Of a stretch of 38,955 bases of DNA, positions 1-9,807 are shown piece by piece. The stretch comes from a bacterium. Its GTDB lineage: Bacteria > Sumerlaeota > Sumerlaeia > MVZB01. Position 1 is the first letter of the stretch; each line of letters opens with the position of its first letter. Location: assembly GCA_023480605.1 (NCBI GenBank), contig JAMCWS010000349.1:6132-45086 (forward strand). Direction: 5' to 3'. The notes beneath the pieces are model-generated. The model worked only from the letters and a program-made list of their open reading frames with translations, searched no databases and had not been told where the DNA came from. Position numbers and translations under genes: made by a program.

Positions 1-126
1 CGCGACGCCCTGGCGGCGCTCGAATACACCTGGGCCGCGATGGAATCCTACGAGCAGGGCGGCATCCTCGTGCGGCCGCACCGGCTCCCGACGATCCACG
101 GCGATCCGCTCACCATGATGGATTGA
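1..126 (+). CDS. 3' end of an unidentified CDS that enters from upstream of the window
   Basis: The frame is open from the window edge (...RDALAALEYTWAAMESYEQGGILVRPHRLPTIHGDPLTMMD) and ends at TGA 124-126. Third-position G+C is high. A hairpin plus T-tract follows. Confidence 0.5.
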   Translation, partial: RDALAALEYTWAAMESYEQGGILVRPHRLPTIHGDPLTMMD

Positions 127-151
127 GTTGCGGCTTCACTGCCCGCGGCAA

Positions 152-180
152 AGCCCCCGGCCGGTGTCGGGGGCTTTTTT
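152..180 (+). terminator. Rho-independent-type terminator between convergent genes
   Basis: An 8-bp G+C-rich stem (agcccccg 152-159 / cgggggct 168-175) with an 8-nt loop is followed by a T run through 180. Confidence 0.6.
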
Positions 181-195
181 CGTGTATTCATGATT

Positions 196-1230
196 TCAAA
201 CGCGGCCGCCGATGCGGTCCCATTCCTCGAAGATCGCCGTGGCATTGGCGATCACCGCCCCCGCGCCCAACTCGAAGTTGGCGATGATGCCGCCGCGCGG
301 ATCGTAGAGGTGACGGGCGACCTGACGCACGGCCGCGCGCGCCACTTCCGGGTCGGGCGAGGTGAGCACGTGCTGCCGGTCGATCTCGCCCCGGAAGGTG
401 ATGCGGCCCTTGACTCGGCGCGCCAGGTCGGCCATGTCCATGCAGAACAATTGCGAGTTCATGGCGTCGACGCCGACTTCCACGAGGTCTTCGTAGATCG
501 GCGTGATGAAGCCGTCGCTGTGCATGAATGCGAACTTGCCCGCGTCGTGGATCAGGTCGACGTAATCGCGGTAGAGGGGCTTGAAGAGCGCGCGCCAGAG
601 GACCGGGTCGATGAGCAAGCGGTCCTGCGCGCCCCAGTCATCCATGAAATTGATCGCGTCGACGTCGGTCGTGATCCAGAATTCCAGTTCGCGCAGGTAG
701 AACTCGTGGATTTTGCGCAGCATCGCGCCGGCCCCTTCCTCCGGAGCGAGGATGTCCATCAGCGCGCCGGCCGAGCCGCGCAGAAACTGGAACCGCTCCC
801 ACGGGCGCGGGCAGCACGCGGCCAGCACGAATCGGTTCTGAGAGGCGCAAAAGCGGTTGACCGTATCGCGCGCGGCGTCGACGTCCGCCGGAAGGATTTC
901 ATAAGGCGGCCGGCAGGCCGCAAGGTCGGCCGAGTCGGCGACGACCGGTTCCTTCACCTCGCCGTGCACGCCTTCCTGAACGTTATGAAAACGGCAGCCC
1001 CATTCGTCGACGGCCGTGCCGAGACGATACGGATCGCCCTTGGCGCGCGGCGATGGGCGATAGGGACACGGCGCGCCGACGATGTCGTTGGGGAACCGGC
1101 GCTGAACCGCCTCGATCTCGGCGCGATAGTGATTGAGCGCCCAGGGGAGCATGCCCATCTGGCGGGGCACACGCGCGGGCGTCTGGAAGGTCAGGCAGCG
1201 CTGAACGAGTTCACGGGGAGTTTGAACCAT
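196..1230 (-). CDS. Uroporphyrinogen decarboxylase (URO-D) family protein; the substrate is probably not uroporphyrinogen
   Basis: 344-aa ORF with high GC3 and a GGAGGA about 11 nt upstream of the ATG. The overall pattern (..FMHSDGFITPIYEDLVEVGVDAMN.., ..RGGIIANFELG..) recalls URO-D/MtaA-like TIM barrels. The assignment was made by eye only. Confidence 0.55.
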   Translation of the reverse strand: MVQTPRELVQRCLTFQTPARVPRQMGMLPWALNHYRAEIEAVQRRFPNDIVGAPCPYRPSPRAKGDPYRLGTAVDEWGCRFHNVQEGVHGEVKEPVVADSADLAACRPPYEILPADVDAARDTVNRFCASQNRFVLAACCPRPWERFQFLRGSAGALMDILAPEEGAGAMLRKIHEFYLRELEFWITTDVDAINFMDDWGAQDRLLIDPVLWRALFKPLYRDYVDLIHDAGKFAFMHSDGFITPIYEDLVEVGVDAMNSQLFCMDMADLARRVKGRITFRGEIDRQHVLTSPDPEVARAAVRQVARHLYDPRGGIIANFELGAGAVIANATAIFEEWDRIGGRV

Positions 1231-1632
1231 CGATCTCTTGATCCTCCATATTCATTTTGACGCAAAGACGCGAAGACGCGAGGAAAAGGGAGTTGCGCAA
1301 GTTCGCGAATCCGTAGTGTAACTTGATGTCTGTAATTTGTGGTTGACCACCGCTGTGCCATTCGTAAGGGTTTATTCGACCATGAAAGAACCTGAAAGGA
1401 ACACAGCGATGGTCAAGTGCATGAGAGACCCGCGGGGGCCGCCAAGTCAAGCCTCGAACGAGCCGGGCGAGGGATTCTTCTTTTAACCAAGCCGCGGACA
1501 CCAATCAGGCGGAATAGACGGAAACCGCCGATGAGCGGCCGGCCACCTTTGATTTGCTGGGCGAGGCCAAGCAAGATACGCGGATCAGGATTCGTCGGCG
1601 CATGTTCTCCTTCAGTGGCAGATGATTTGAAA

Positions 1633-4600
1633 TTATTTGACCCCTGATACAGAACGCAGCAACATGGCATCGGCAAAGTCGGCATGGTCGCCGCTTATCC
1701 CATCGCCGGCATCGCCGACGAGTAGTTCGAGCATCTTGGCGCCTCGAATGTCGATATCCACTCGGCGGGGCGCATCCTGAGTTGTCATCCGGCCCGATTC
1801 CCAGCGCTTGGCGCCGTCGATATTGATCGTGAAGGTAATCGTGCCGGCCGGATTGTGCGCGTCGGCTCCGACCCAGGACTGGAAACGCATATAGCCCTGG
1901 CCCTCGATGTTGTAAACGATCCGGGCGGGGGAATGAGTCCCCAGTCCGCGCCGGAACTGACGTCCGCAGATGGCCATCGGCTTCTCCCAGACACTCTGGT
2001 TGCGCTGCAGGACGCCCCAACCCTGAGAGACCGAAACCGGCTTGAGCGCATCCAAATAAATCCCGTCGATCCGCGCTACCGGCCTCTCCCGCGTCTCGAC
2101 ACGCTCAATCTCCGCAATTTTACGGCTCTCGATCAACGGCGCCGAGTCGAGGTAGATTTGTTCGGGTGAAGGCAGGCCATTCGGATACCGGGGCGCGCCT
2201 GGGCGGCCGGGCTTGCGGGCCCAGACCCAACACGAGACGCACGTGGTACTCATTCCGCCGTCGCACATTACGTTCAATCGAACCTTGTTCGAGCCCCTGT
2301 TCAACTTGCCGGTCAAAAAGGTCCATGCCTCGGGAAAGGGTTTAATCAACGTGGCCACCCACTGCGCATCGGAGGCGATTTCTACCAGCGGCACTTCGCG
2401 GCCGTTGATTTCGAGTTTGGACTTGCGCACGATCGGCGACGTGCGCCCTTCGACCAGCACCAGCAATTCCGACTCGGGAGCGTTACTGCGCACCAGGCCG
2501 CCCAGATTCATCTCGACGATCTCGCTCGCGCCTCCCATGGGCGAAGTCCAATCCGGGCCATCGGGTTTGCCGGCCTTGAACTCGATGCGCCTGAGCTGGG
2601 ACTTAACGCCCTCCAACTTGAGCACGCCGCCCACCGCCTCGCCCGCCGTTTTGAGCCCCTCCAGCTTTTGGCCGACGGCCAGCGAAAGGACCAGCGTCTC
2701 ATAGGGAGCCAGCCTGACCTCCAGCACGCTTTGGGCGTTAAGGTTGTTGCCATAAAGCCGGGGCTCGGGATAAAGGCTGACTGCCGAAAGGTTGGCCAAG
2801 TCGGCCCTGACGTTTACGTCCTTGGCCAAGTCCAGCCGGACCGTCTGCTTGCCAACCCAAGGATTGCGCAGCATCACCACTCCGCGTTCACCCAACCAGT
2901 GGCCATAACCGTAGGGTTCGCGCGGCATCTCGGCGTTGCCGGTATAATGGGGCACCTTGCCGCCGCGCCAGGAGAGGGGCAAAATCGGCTCGGTTTCGGC
3001 GAGAATTTGTTCATTGGCCCGCGCCCACTTCATCAACCCGGCCAGTTGCCCCCAACGCCGGGCGTTCATGTGCTTGGGATTGACATACATCGGCATGAAA
3101 GCGTGGCCGCGCAGGATGACCGTCACTGCGTCATTGAGTAGCGGGTGATCGGTCTGGTGGATGACGCCCAGCACTTCCTGGGCCGTGTCGGGCAGAGGCG
3201 AGAGGGCCGCGCCCTGAAGGTTGTAGAAATCACGGCCCGTGGTGGCGCACTCGCGCCAAACCGGCGCAGGCACACGGCTGGGTGGAGAGTCGTCGCCGTA
3301 GGAGCCGATGACCGAGTTGACATGGAAGAGCCACCAGGGACTGGGATTGCCGCCGAAACAAGTAGTCTCGATCCAAGTGTCGGGGGCTGCGGCGCGCAGG
3401 GCGGCGATGGCGGCGATGCCACCCTCGGCGCAGGCTTCGGCCGAGTCCTCGCCGGGTTGATGGCCGTGGCCGGTTTCCGGACAGGTCAGCCGATAACCAT
3501 CGAACTTAAAGTGGCGGATGCCATACTGGATCGCCATCTGGGTGATGCGGTCTTTGAAGGCATCGGCGTATTTTGCGCCGCCCAGGCAGGCCAGGCGTAT
3601 CGTCGAGCCGCCCATTCCAGGGAACACTCCTGTCTCGTAGCCCTGGCTCTCGGCCCACTCGTTATCCAGCGCCGGCGGGTAGCACGAGGTCGGCGAGATC
3701 CACAGTCCCAGGCGCGACTGCATCGCCTCGGCCCCAGCCCTGATCCCAACGAACCCGCGCGGGAAGAGTTGCCTATTGATGTCCCAAAGCGTCTTGGGAT
3801 TGGACCAACCCAGGTCGATGGTGAACGTCTGAAAGGAGACCCCATATGGCCTATACAGATTCTCTTCGAAGACCTTCATCAACCCCAGGATATCCTTCTC
3901 GGAGTAATGGATCGGGGATGTCCACCAGGTATTGTAATTGAAATGCATAGCCCGCGGTTCGGGCCGGTGCCGGGCAATGTAGGCGGCGAAGCTCTTGCGC
4001 TCGTTCCCCACCGGCGCCAGGCCAAAAATAACCTTACGACTGGTCAGCCAGCCGCTGTCGCCGGACATGGCCAGGCCGGGGCGATGAGCCAGCACCAGTC
4101 TATCCCCTTCCAGGCGGGTGGTGGCGACCGGGTATTCCACGCCGGCGTAAAATCCCTTAAAGAAACCGGGGTGGCTCTGGGGTGCCTGGGGAATGAACCC
4201 GATCGGTTGGGCGGCAACCGGCGCCAACGACTCCAGGCGGATTTCATGCAGAATGCAGCCGGCGGGAACTGACCTTAACCGGTAATCGGCCCACTTGCGC
4301 AGCAGCATCTCCCGGGGGCTCCACGTCAGATGCAAGCGAACCTGCAAGGTGGCGCCGCCGACGTTGACGGGAGCGTATTCGGCCAACAATTGCTGACCGG
4401 CTTCCAGACTGCCGCTGACTTTCACGGGATGCTGCCCGCCAGGCATTTGAAATTGGCTAAAGACAAAGGCAGGGCAGGCCAGCGAGACGGGCAGATTGAG
4501 CGGGCCGTTTCGCAGCTCGATTTTGTCGGTTCCTTGTCGGACCGGAATCGCTGGAATACTCGCCGCCATGATCCTCAGGCAATCCATCAACAAGCTCAAC

Positions 4601-4644
4601 CAAAGAACGCCGCGCCCTATTTTGCCTCTGGGTACATAATTCAT
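1633..4644 (-). CDS. Secreted glycoside hydrolase, alpha-galactosidase-like TIM barrel (tentative), with a C-terminal NPCBM carbohydrate-binding domain
   Basis: The 1038-aa ORF is trimmed to the internal ATG at 4644 (MNYVPRGKIGRGVLWLSLLM.., signal-like). The catalytic-region strings FNYNTWW, FTIDLGWS, GLWISP and HFKFDGY resemble clan GH-D enzymes. The C-terminus (GWGVLQRNQSVWEKPMAICGRQFRRGLGTHSPARIVY..GDHADFADAMLL) is a typical NPCBM/NEW2 domain. Confidence 0.7.
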   Translation of the reverse strand: MNYVPRGKIGRGVLWLSLLMDCLRIMAASIPAIPVRQGTDKIELRNGPLNLPVSLACPAFVFSQFQMPGGQHPVKVSGSLEAGQQLLAEYAPVNVGGATLQVRLHLTWSPREMLLRKWADYRLRSVPAGCILHEIRLESLAPVAAQPIGFIPQAPQSHPGFFKGFYAGVEYPVATTRLEGDRLVLAHRPGLAMSGDSGWLTSRKVIFGLAPVGNERKSFAAYIARHRPEPRAMHFNYNTWWTSPIHYSEKDILGLMKVFEENLYRPYGVSFQTFTIDLGWSNPKTLWDINRQLFPRGFVGIRAGAEAMQSRLGLWISPTSCYPPALDNEWAESQGYETGVFPGMGGSTIRLACLGGAKYADAFKDRITQMAIQYGIRHFKFDGYRLTCPETGHGHQPGEDSAEACAEGGIAAIAALRAAAPDTWIETTCFGGNPSPWWLFHVNSVIGSYGDDSPPSRVPAPVWRECATTGRDFYNLQGAALSPLPDTAQEVLGVIHQTDHPLLNDAVTVILRGHAFMPMYVNPKHMNARRWGQLAGLMKWARANEQILAETEPILPLSWRGGKVPHYTGNAEMPREPYGYGHWLGERGVVMLRNPWVGKQTVRLDLAKDVNVRADLANLSAVSLYPEPRLYGNNLNAQSVLEVRLAPYETLVLSLAVGQKLEGLKTAGEAVGGVLKLEGVKSQLRRIEFKAGKPDGPDWTSPMGGASEIVEMNLGGLVRSNAPESELLVLVEGRTSPIVRKSKLEINGREVPLVEIASDAQWVATLIKPFPEAWTFLTGKLNRGSNKVRLNVMCDGGMSTTCVSCWVWARKPGRPGAPRYPNGLPSPEQIYLDSAPLIESRKIAEIERVETRERPVARIDGIYLDALKPVSVSQGWGVLQRNQSVWEKPMAICGRQFRRGLGTHSPARIVYNIEGQGYMRFQSWVGADAHNPAGTITFTINIDGAKRWESGRMTTQDAPRRVDIDIRGAKMLELLVGDAGDGISGDHADFADAMLLRSVSGVK

Positions 4645-5026
4645 GTTTTCATGCTTTCCGAGAACCATGACGATCGACACAAACCTTACGAGACACGAAT
4701 CGATGTGATTAATCTTGCGTCTATGCGCCTTCGCGCCTTTGCGAGACAAACATCAAGCTGAAGCTTGAACTCCACACGGGTTTTCCAGCATGTCGGTTGC
4801 GGCTTCGCCGCGTTGTGCATTTGCCGAAATCGGTCTTCGTGACGACCCGTTCAATCCGCCGCCAGGATTGGGCGGCCAGCGAGTGACGGTCGAGCAGGCC
4901 AGCGGCTTCCCACGCGACGGGCGGTCGGTCCTAACGTTGCGCAATGAATGGCCGGCGCCTCACGACACGGATTGAAACTTGGTGTACAAGGATCTTGTGT
5001 CTCTTCCCAATTGAATTGATGGCCTA

Positions 5027-5869
5027 CTAGCCCCGTATTTTGCCGAGGAGTCCCCGAAGGTAATTCAAGTCGTCTTTGGTTCCTTCGGTCAGGGCTTCAA
5101 GCGTTCCTTCGTAGAAATGGTGTGTGCAGATGGGGCCCTGATAATCGATCTTTACGAGTTGGCCCAGGATGGCGGGCCAGTCGATCAGGCCTTCCGCCAG
5201 GCGCGTCCATTCCATTTTCCAGGTCAACTTGCGGGCTTGCTTGAGATTGGGACCCAGGAACCAGCCGCAGTTTTTGGTCACCACGTAAGCGAGGTGTTCC
5301 TGTAGTATATCGAGTGATTTGACCGGATCGGTCCACCCCTCCTGGTGCACCATGTTGCCTGGATCATAGTGAACGCCAATCCCTTTGGGATCACGGTCGT
5401 GAATGAGGAAATAAATCGCTTCGGGCGACCAGCAAAACCCCCCGCCATGGGTCTGCAGCAAGGCCTTAACGCCATATTTCAAGCCCAGTTTCTCGACCGT
5501 TTCCACTGATTGGCGGCAGCGGGCCAGGTCTTCGCGATACGTGTTGTATCCCCGGTAGTTCTGCATCCAGAAGCGAAACATCGTGATGCCGTTGTCGGCG
5601 AACAGGCGAAAGTCATCCTCGATCTTCGCCAAGTGATCATGGCTCCAATCGGTCGTCACGGTGTAAGCCTTGAGATTGCGACCGCGCATATAATTGACAA
5701 ACGCCGGAAGAGTATGAAAATAATCCTCTTCCTTGCACCATGATCCCGTACGGATCATAACATCGACACCGTCAAAGCCGCAGTCGATCAAGTGATCGGC
5801 CAATTGTTCCTGTTCCCTGAGGTGCGGATACTGGAACTTTGGGAAAAGTAGCACATCGGGGGCTTTCAT
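5027..5869 (-). CDS. Sugar phosphate isomerase/epimerase (xylose isomerase-like TIM barrel) family protein
   Basis: 280-aa ORF with AAAGGA 7 nt upstream of the ATG. Pattern: GFDGVDV.., ..LLQTHGG.., ..GVHYDPGN.., typical of the AP_endonuc_2/TIM-barrel family. Confidence 0.7.
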   Translation of the reverse strand: MKAPDVLLFPKFQYPHLREQEQLADHLIDCGFDGVDVMIRTGSWCKEEDYFHTLPAFVNYMRGRNLKAYTVTTDWSHDHLAKIEDDFRLFADNGITMFRFWMQNYRGYNTYREDLARCRQSVETVEKLGLKYGVKALLQTHGGGFCWSPEAIYFLIHDRDPKGIGVHYDPGNMVHQEGWTDPVKSLDILQEHLAYVVTKNCGWFLGPNLKQARKLTWKMEWTRLAEGLIDWPAILGQLVKIDYQGPICTHHFYEGTLEALTEGTKDDLNYLRGLLGKIRG

Positions 5870-5906
5870 GCTGTAATCCTTTCTTTAATAATCAAGTTTC
5901 GCATAT

Positions 5907-6737
5907 CTATGCACGGGCCCAGATTGCGCGCAAATATTTCGCCGACCGCGGCAATACCACCTCGGCAGGCCCCGACAGCGTCCGGCATTCCACCTCGATG
6001 ATACCGCCGTATCCCATCGCCTTGAGGGCATGAAATCCGGGCGTGAAATTCATCGCGCCGGGACCCGGTTCGACGCGCGTGTTCTCGGCCACGTGGATGT
6101 GCGCGATCCACTTCGCGCCCTTTTCGAGCGCCTGGGCGATATCCAATTCCTCCATCTGCATGTGAAAAAAATCCGCCGTCAAACCGATGGAGGGGTGATC
6201 GAGCGCCTCGCAAATCCGTGTCCCGTCGGCGACGGTATTGAGATAATCGGACTCGTAACGGTTCACCGGCTCGAGCAGCAGGTAAACGCCGCGTTGTCCG
6301 GCTTCGTCTCCCAATTGCGGCAGTTGCTCCAGCAGCAACGCGTTCCGCGTCTCTACTGCCGAGTCATCGGCGCCGCCCTGGGTGATGCGTTCGGGATTAT
6401 CCTGGATGAGGACCGGGGGCATGTTAAATCCCCAAACCCCCAACTCGGCACACAGGTCGAACACTCGCAATAGGCTCGCGCGGCATTGGGCCCGCACCGC
6501 GGGCCGAGGGCTGACGAGTGTGCCCGTGAAGCCAAGCGAGAGGGTCGCCAGCGGCAAGGGAAGGTCGCTCAGGCAGGCGCGCAATTCCTCCAGGTAGTCA
6601 TTTAAAAACCGCCCCGGCAGGGCGACGGCATCGAATCCAAATCGCTTGGCGCTATTAAGGCGGTCGATGATCCGCGCGCCCGGTAGCATCTCCAGCCGAC
6701 AGGAGAGGGCGCATTGTTTTGTATCGCTGCCGATCAT
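5907..6737 (-). CDS. Sugar phosphate isomerase/epimerase (xylose isomerase-like TIM barrel) family protein
   Basis: The ORF is trimmed to the ATG at 6735-6737, which overlaps the TGA (6734-6736) of the upstream gene as ATGA. Motifs: GFDAVAL, LLLEPVNRYE, HIHVAEN, GYGGIIEVE. Confidence 0.7.
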   Translation of the reverse strand: MIGSDTKQCALSCRLEMLPGARIIDRLNSAKRFGFDAVALPGRFLNDYLEELRACLSDLPLPLATLSLGFTGTLVSPRPAVRAQCRASLLRVFDLCAELGVWGFNMPPVLIQDNPERITQGGADDSAVETRNALLLEQLPQLGDEAGQRGVYLLLEPVNRYESDYLNTVADGTRICEALDHPSIGLTADFFHMQMEELDIAQALEKGAKWIAHIHVAENTRVEPGPGAMNFTPGFHALKAMGYGGIIEVECRTLSGPAEVVLPRSAKYLRAIWARA

Positions 6738-8164
6738 GGTGTTTCCATGCCTTTCGTTGATTTTCCGGCTCGCGCGGCGCAATCCGGCAGATCCCGCCGG
6801 ATCTCATCCAGCCGATAGCCGAATCCCGCTCCCTGGATCGTCGAAAGATCCACCGCACCGCGCCGCCGCTGGTAGATGCCGGGATGCACTGCCTGCTCGG
6901 GCAGCGAGGCGGTGGGGTAAAACTGCATCCCGTTGGTCTCCACGCCCATGATTGTTCCGGCGTGAGCGGCCAGCAATACGTGGGGGATTTGCGCCAGCAT
7001 CGGATTGGTCAAATCCTGGACCATGAGCGTCATGCCGTGGGCCTTCGCCCAGCAAAGGCTCAGGAGCGCGCCCGTTTGGGTCTTGCAGGTTTTGAGTGCC
7101 ACCCCCGACCAGCCCAGGATTCGTCCCAGGCGAATGAGGCGCCAGTCGTGGGCGCTTTCGTCCATGAAGAGCGGTTTGCGCGCCGAGACGCTGTGCACGT
7201 CGATCTGATTGGCCTCCAGATCGTAGGGGAACGGCTGCTCGACGTAGAGGATCATCTGGTAGATGCGCGGATGATTGCGCATCAGGTGATCCAGAATTGC
7301 GTTGAGGTATTCGGGATCGGTGACGGTGCAGTTGAAGTCGCTGGTCAGCCAGATGACGCCCTGCTCAATGGCAATCTCGCCCACCCGCACCAACCGGGCG
7401 ATGTCCCACGCCGCGTCATTGCCGCGCAACTTGACCTTGAGGCAGGTCAGGCCGTCACGCGCAATCCAGTCGGCCAGCAAAACGGGGTAACCATCGTCGG
7501 GTTCCGATCCGTTCAGTTCGCTGGAATTAATGGGATCCCTGCCACCGACCAGATGCCACGCCGGTAGCGATTCGCGGCGGGGCAATTCCAGGTAGTCGGC
7601 CGGATATTTGCCCGCGAAAGAGACCGGCGAATCCTCGGCGGGGGTAAGGTAATGAGCCAGATCCGCGTTCATGTATTCTGCGTTGTATGTGCCATAAATC
7701 GGCCGGTTGTGATGAATCCCATAGGCGTCGTGCAGCGCGATGTCGAAGGCCGAACAGCAAACCAACGCCGGGAGCCATGGCATCAATTCGCGCCCGGCCC
7801 GGCCACGGTTGAATGCCACATGCAGCGCCTTGAGCGGCCCTTCTTGGAACGCGTGCCCGATCTCCAGCGGATGGCCGGCCACCGGAAACGCCGCCCAAGC
7901 CTCGGTCAGCGTCTTGCAAAAGACTTTGAGCGCCTCGTGCCGCTCCTCGTAGGATAACGCACTGGGCCAAACCCATTGCACGCTGAGCGGCGTTTCGCCC
8001 CAGCCTTCCGCCGCGCGGCCGCGGGCGTCGGTGACGCTCAGCCGCACCCGCGCACAGGTGACGAAGGTCAGCGTCTCGGGGCCGAACTTGAGGGGCACGC
8101 GCGTCTGAACCGGTAGAAAATAAAGGACCGCTGCCGTTACCCGGACGTCGGTTACTTTGGGCAT
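6734..8164 (-). CDS. Enolase-superfamily (mandelate racemase/muconate lactonizing enzyme-like) protein, about 476 aa
   Basis: The ORF is trimmed to the ATG at 8164 (MPKVTDVRVTAAVLYFLPVQTRVPLKFG.., a typical capping-domain start), 21 nt after the upstream stop. Barrel motifs: LKVKLRGND, SDFNCT, YVEQPFP, FMDESAH, ALKTCKTQ. Confidence 0.7.
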   Translation of the reverse strand: MPKVTDVRVTAAVLYFLPVQTRVPLKFGPETLTFVTCARVRLSVTDARGRAAEGWGETPLSVQWVWPSALSYEERHEALKVFCKTLTEAWAAFPVAGHPLEIGHAFQEGPLKALHVAFNRGRAGRELMPWLPALVCCSAFDIALHDAYGIHHNRPIYGTYNAEYMNADLAHYLTPAEDSPVSFAGKYPADYLELPRRESLPAWHLVGGRDPINSSELNGSEPDDGYPVLLADWIARDGLTCLKVKLRGNDAAWDIARLVRVGEIAIEQGVIWLTSDFNCTVTDPEYLNAILDHLMRNHPRIYQMILYVEQPFPYDLEANQIDVHSVSARKPLFMDESAHDWRLIRLGRILGWSGVALKTCKTQTGALLSLCWAKAHGMTLMVQDLTNPMLAQIPHVLLAAHAGTIMGVETNGMQFYPTASLPEQAVHPGIYQRRRGAVDLSTIQGAGFGYRLDEIRRDLPDCAARAGKSTKGMETP

Positions 8165-8184
8165 CAGTAGTTCACCGCCGCCTG

Positions 8185-9189
8185 TCAAAGATAAGCCGAC
8201 ACGTCGATCGCCTCGGGTAGGCCCGTCTTGAGCGATTCGTAGGCCTTGAGCATGAGAAGACTGGCAACTACGCCCTGCGAGGCCGGGGTGGGATTTTCGC
8301 ACCGCCCCAATACGACGTCACGAAAGACTTCCATGTCGCGACTAAGGCCGATACCCACCTGATAGTCATAGTCGATGCTGTCTTGTACTTTGCCTTTGAG
8401 GGTCAGGTTCGTGAAGCCGCGATTGATCGCCGTAACGCCGGCGCCGAAAACCTCCGTATGCCATTTGAGGCTGAAATCATTGGCGCCGCAATCGCCACTG
8501 ATGAGAGTGGCCAGCGCGCCGTTTTCGAATTCGATATTCATGATGAAGTTATCGATCACGTCCACGCCGGGGTGCCAGAGATTGCCCCCTTGCGCGAAAA
8601 CCCGCACCGGTTTGGCTTGCATCAGGTAAAAAACGAGATCGACATTGTGGCAGGCCAGTTCGAGCATCGGTCCGCCGCCCCGCAGCGCGGGTATTTTCAG
8701 GTATTTCTCGTGAGTGCGGGCAATGTCCGCCACCATCATCCGGCCATAGAGCATCTGCGGCTGGGGGATGGCTTCGCGAATGCGCTTGACCAACGGCGAA
8801 AGACGATAGCAATACGCCACCATCGCCCGACCCTTGGCAAGGCGCTCGGCCTCAACCAGCTCACGGCACTCTTCGATGGACATGGCCGCCGGTTTTTGTA
8901 TAAAGACATGTTTGCCGTGTTCCAGGACGGTTTTACCCAGGCGGGCATGGGTGTCGGGAAGCGTATTAATCAGCGCCGCATCGATCTGATCGTCCTCAAG
9001 CAAACGGTTGAGGTCGGTTGTGTGATAATCGCCATCGAACTGCTGGCACACCGCGGCGCCTCGTTCCGCATCCACGTCCACGAAGCCACGCAAATGAAAC
9101 TCATCGATTGCCGCAGCCTCCGGCAAGATAACATTCTTGGCGATATTTCCGCAACCGATCACGCCTAACTGCACCTTCGTCTTCATCAT
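8185..9189 (-). CDS. Gfo/Idh/MocA family NAD(P)-dependent oxidoreductase (cytoplasmic type)
   Basis: 334 aa with the N-terminal Rossmann string VQLGVIGCGNIAKN and HVFIQKP. AAAGGA lies 5 nt upstream of ATGATG. Confidence 0.8.
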   Translation of the reverse strand: MMKTKVQLGVIGCGNIAKNVILPEAAAIDEFHLRGFVDVDAERGAAVCQQFDGDYHTTDLNRLLEDDQIDAALINTLPDTHARLGKTVLEHGKHVFIQKPAAMSIEECRELVEAERLAKGRAMVAYCYRLSPLVKRIREAIPQPQMLYGRMMVADIARTHEKYLKIPALRGGGPMLELACHNVDLVFYLMQAKPVRVFAQGGNLWHPGVDVIDNFIMNIEFENGALATLISGDCGANDFSLKWHTEVFGAGVTAINRGFTNLTLKGKVQDSIDYDYQVGIGLSRDMEVFRDVVLGRCENPTPASQGVVASLLMLKAYESLKTGLPEAIDVSAYL

Positions 9190-9807
9190 GTCAGTCCTTT
9201 CGGAAGATTACGGCGAATTTTTCGTATGGTAGAGAGAACGATCCGAAAAGACAAATATGAAAGTCGGTCGCACCGTATGGGCCATGAAGTTGTAAAGCGA
9301 TTAGCGCAGACAAAATGGCGTATTGTGAAACCCCCTCACATGGGGCAGCGCGGACTGGCCAACCCGCGGCCGTCTTTGCCCGGTTCCATCTGTCGGGAGG
9401 ACCGCCGTACCCCTGCGCTGCCAAAGATACACGGACCCCGACCGAAATCCTGGCCACCGAAGGCTTCAATCCGCCCCGCCTCCCGTTCAATTCTCTTGAC
9501 CAAGACCAACGATCGCCAAACGGTTTTACACGCCGGGCCCGACCGAGGGTGGGGGTCGGAATTCGCTTCTTGGCCGCTCGGCATGCTTTGCCCCATTTTC
9601 GATCCATAGCGGGGTTCAAAATCCGGCGATGCGGATTGGAGGTGCCCCCAAACATCCCATGAGTCAGACAAGAATGAACCATTCTGATTTGAAAATGGCA
9701 AATATCGGTCGATGATGACCGAGTGTGACTCCAAATATTATCCTATATCCCCCGCAATGGGTTTTATACAATCCCGTTCATCAATAGGTGAGAGGGAGGC
9801 GGTGTTT

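Noticed and set aside
190-1260. Long ORFs lying antisense to confidently assigned genes. Examples are 190-1260(+), 3145-4272(+), 9781-10413(-), 12430-13161(-), 18408-19508(-), 19647-20111(-), 20876-21559(+), 24936-25700(-), 25755-26378(-), 26375-26986(-), 27912-28574(-) and 35143-35997(-).
   Set aside because: Their translations are Arg/Ala/Gly/Pro-rich and lack recognisable domains. Each fully overlaps a gene with clear family motifs on the other strand. Such mirror ORFs are expected in G+C-rich DNA.
4645-4749. N-terminal extensions of the track ORFs at 4645-4749, 6738-6782, 8165-8302, 9712-9807, 23138-23158 and 37761-37799.
   Set aside because: Internal starts give signal peptides or family-typical N-termini, better SD sequences, or stop/start overlaps with the neighbouring gene. 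The extensions are basic, low-complexity read-through of upstream DNA.
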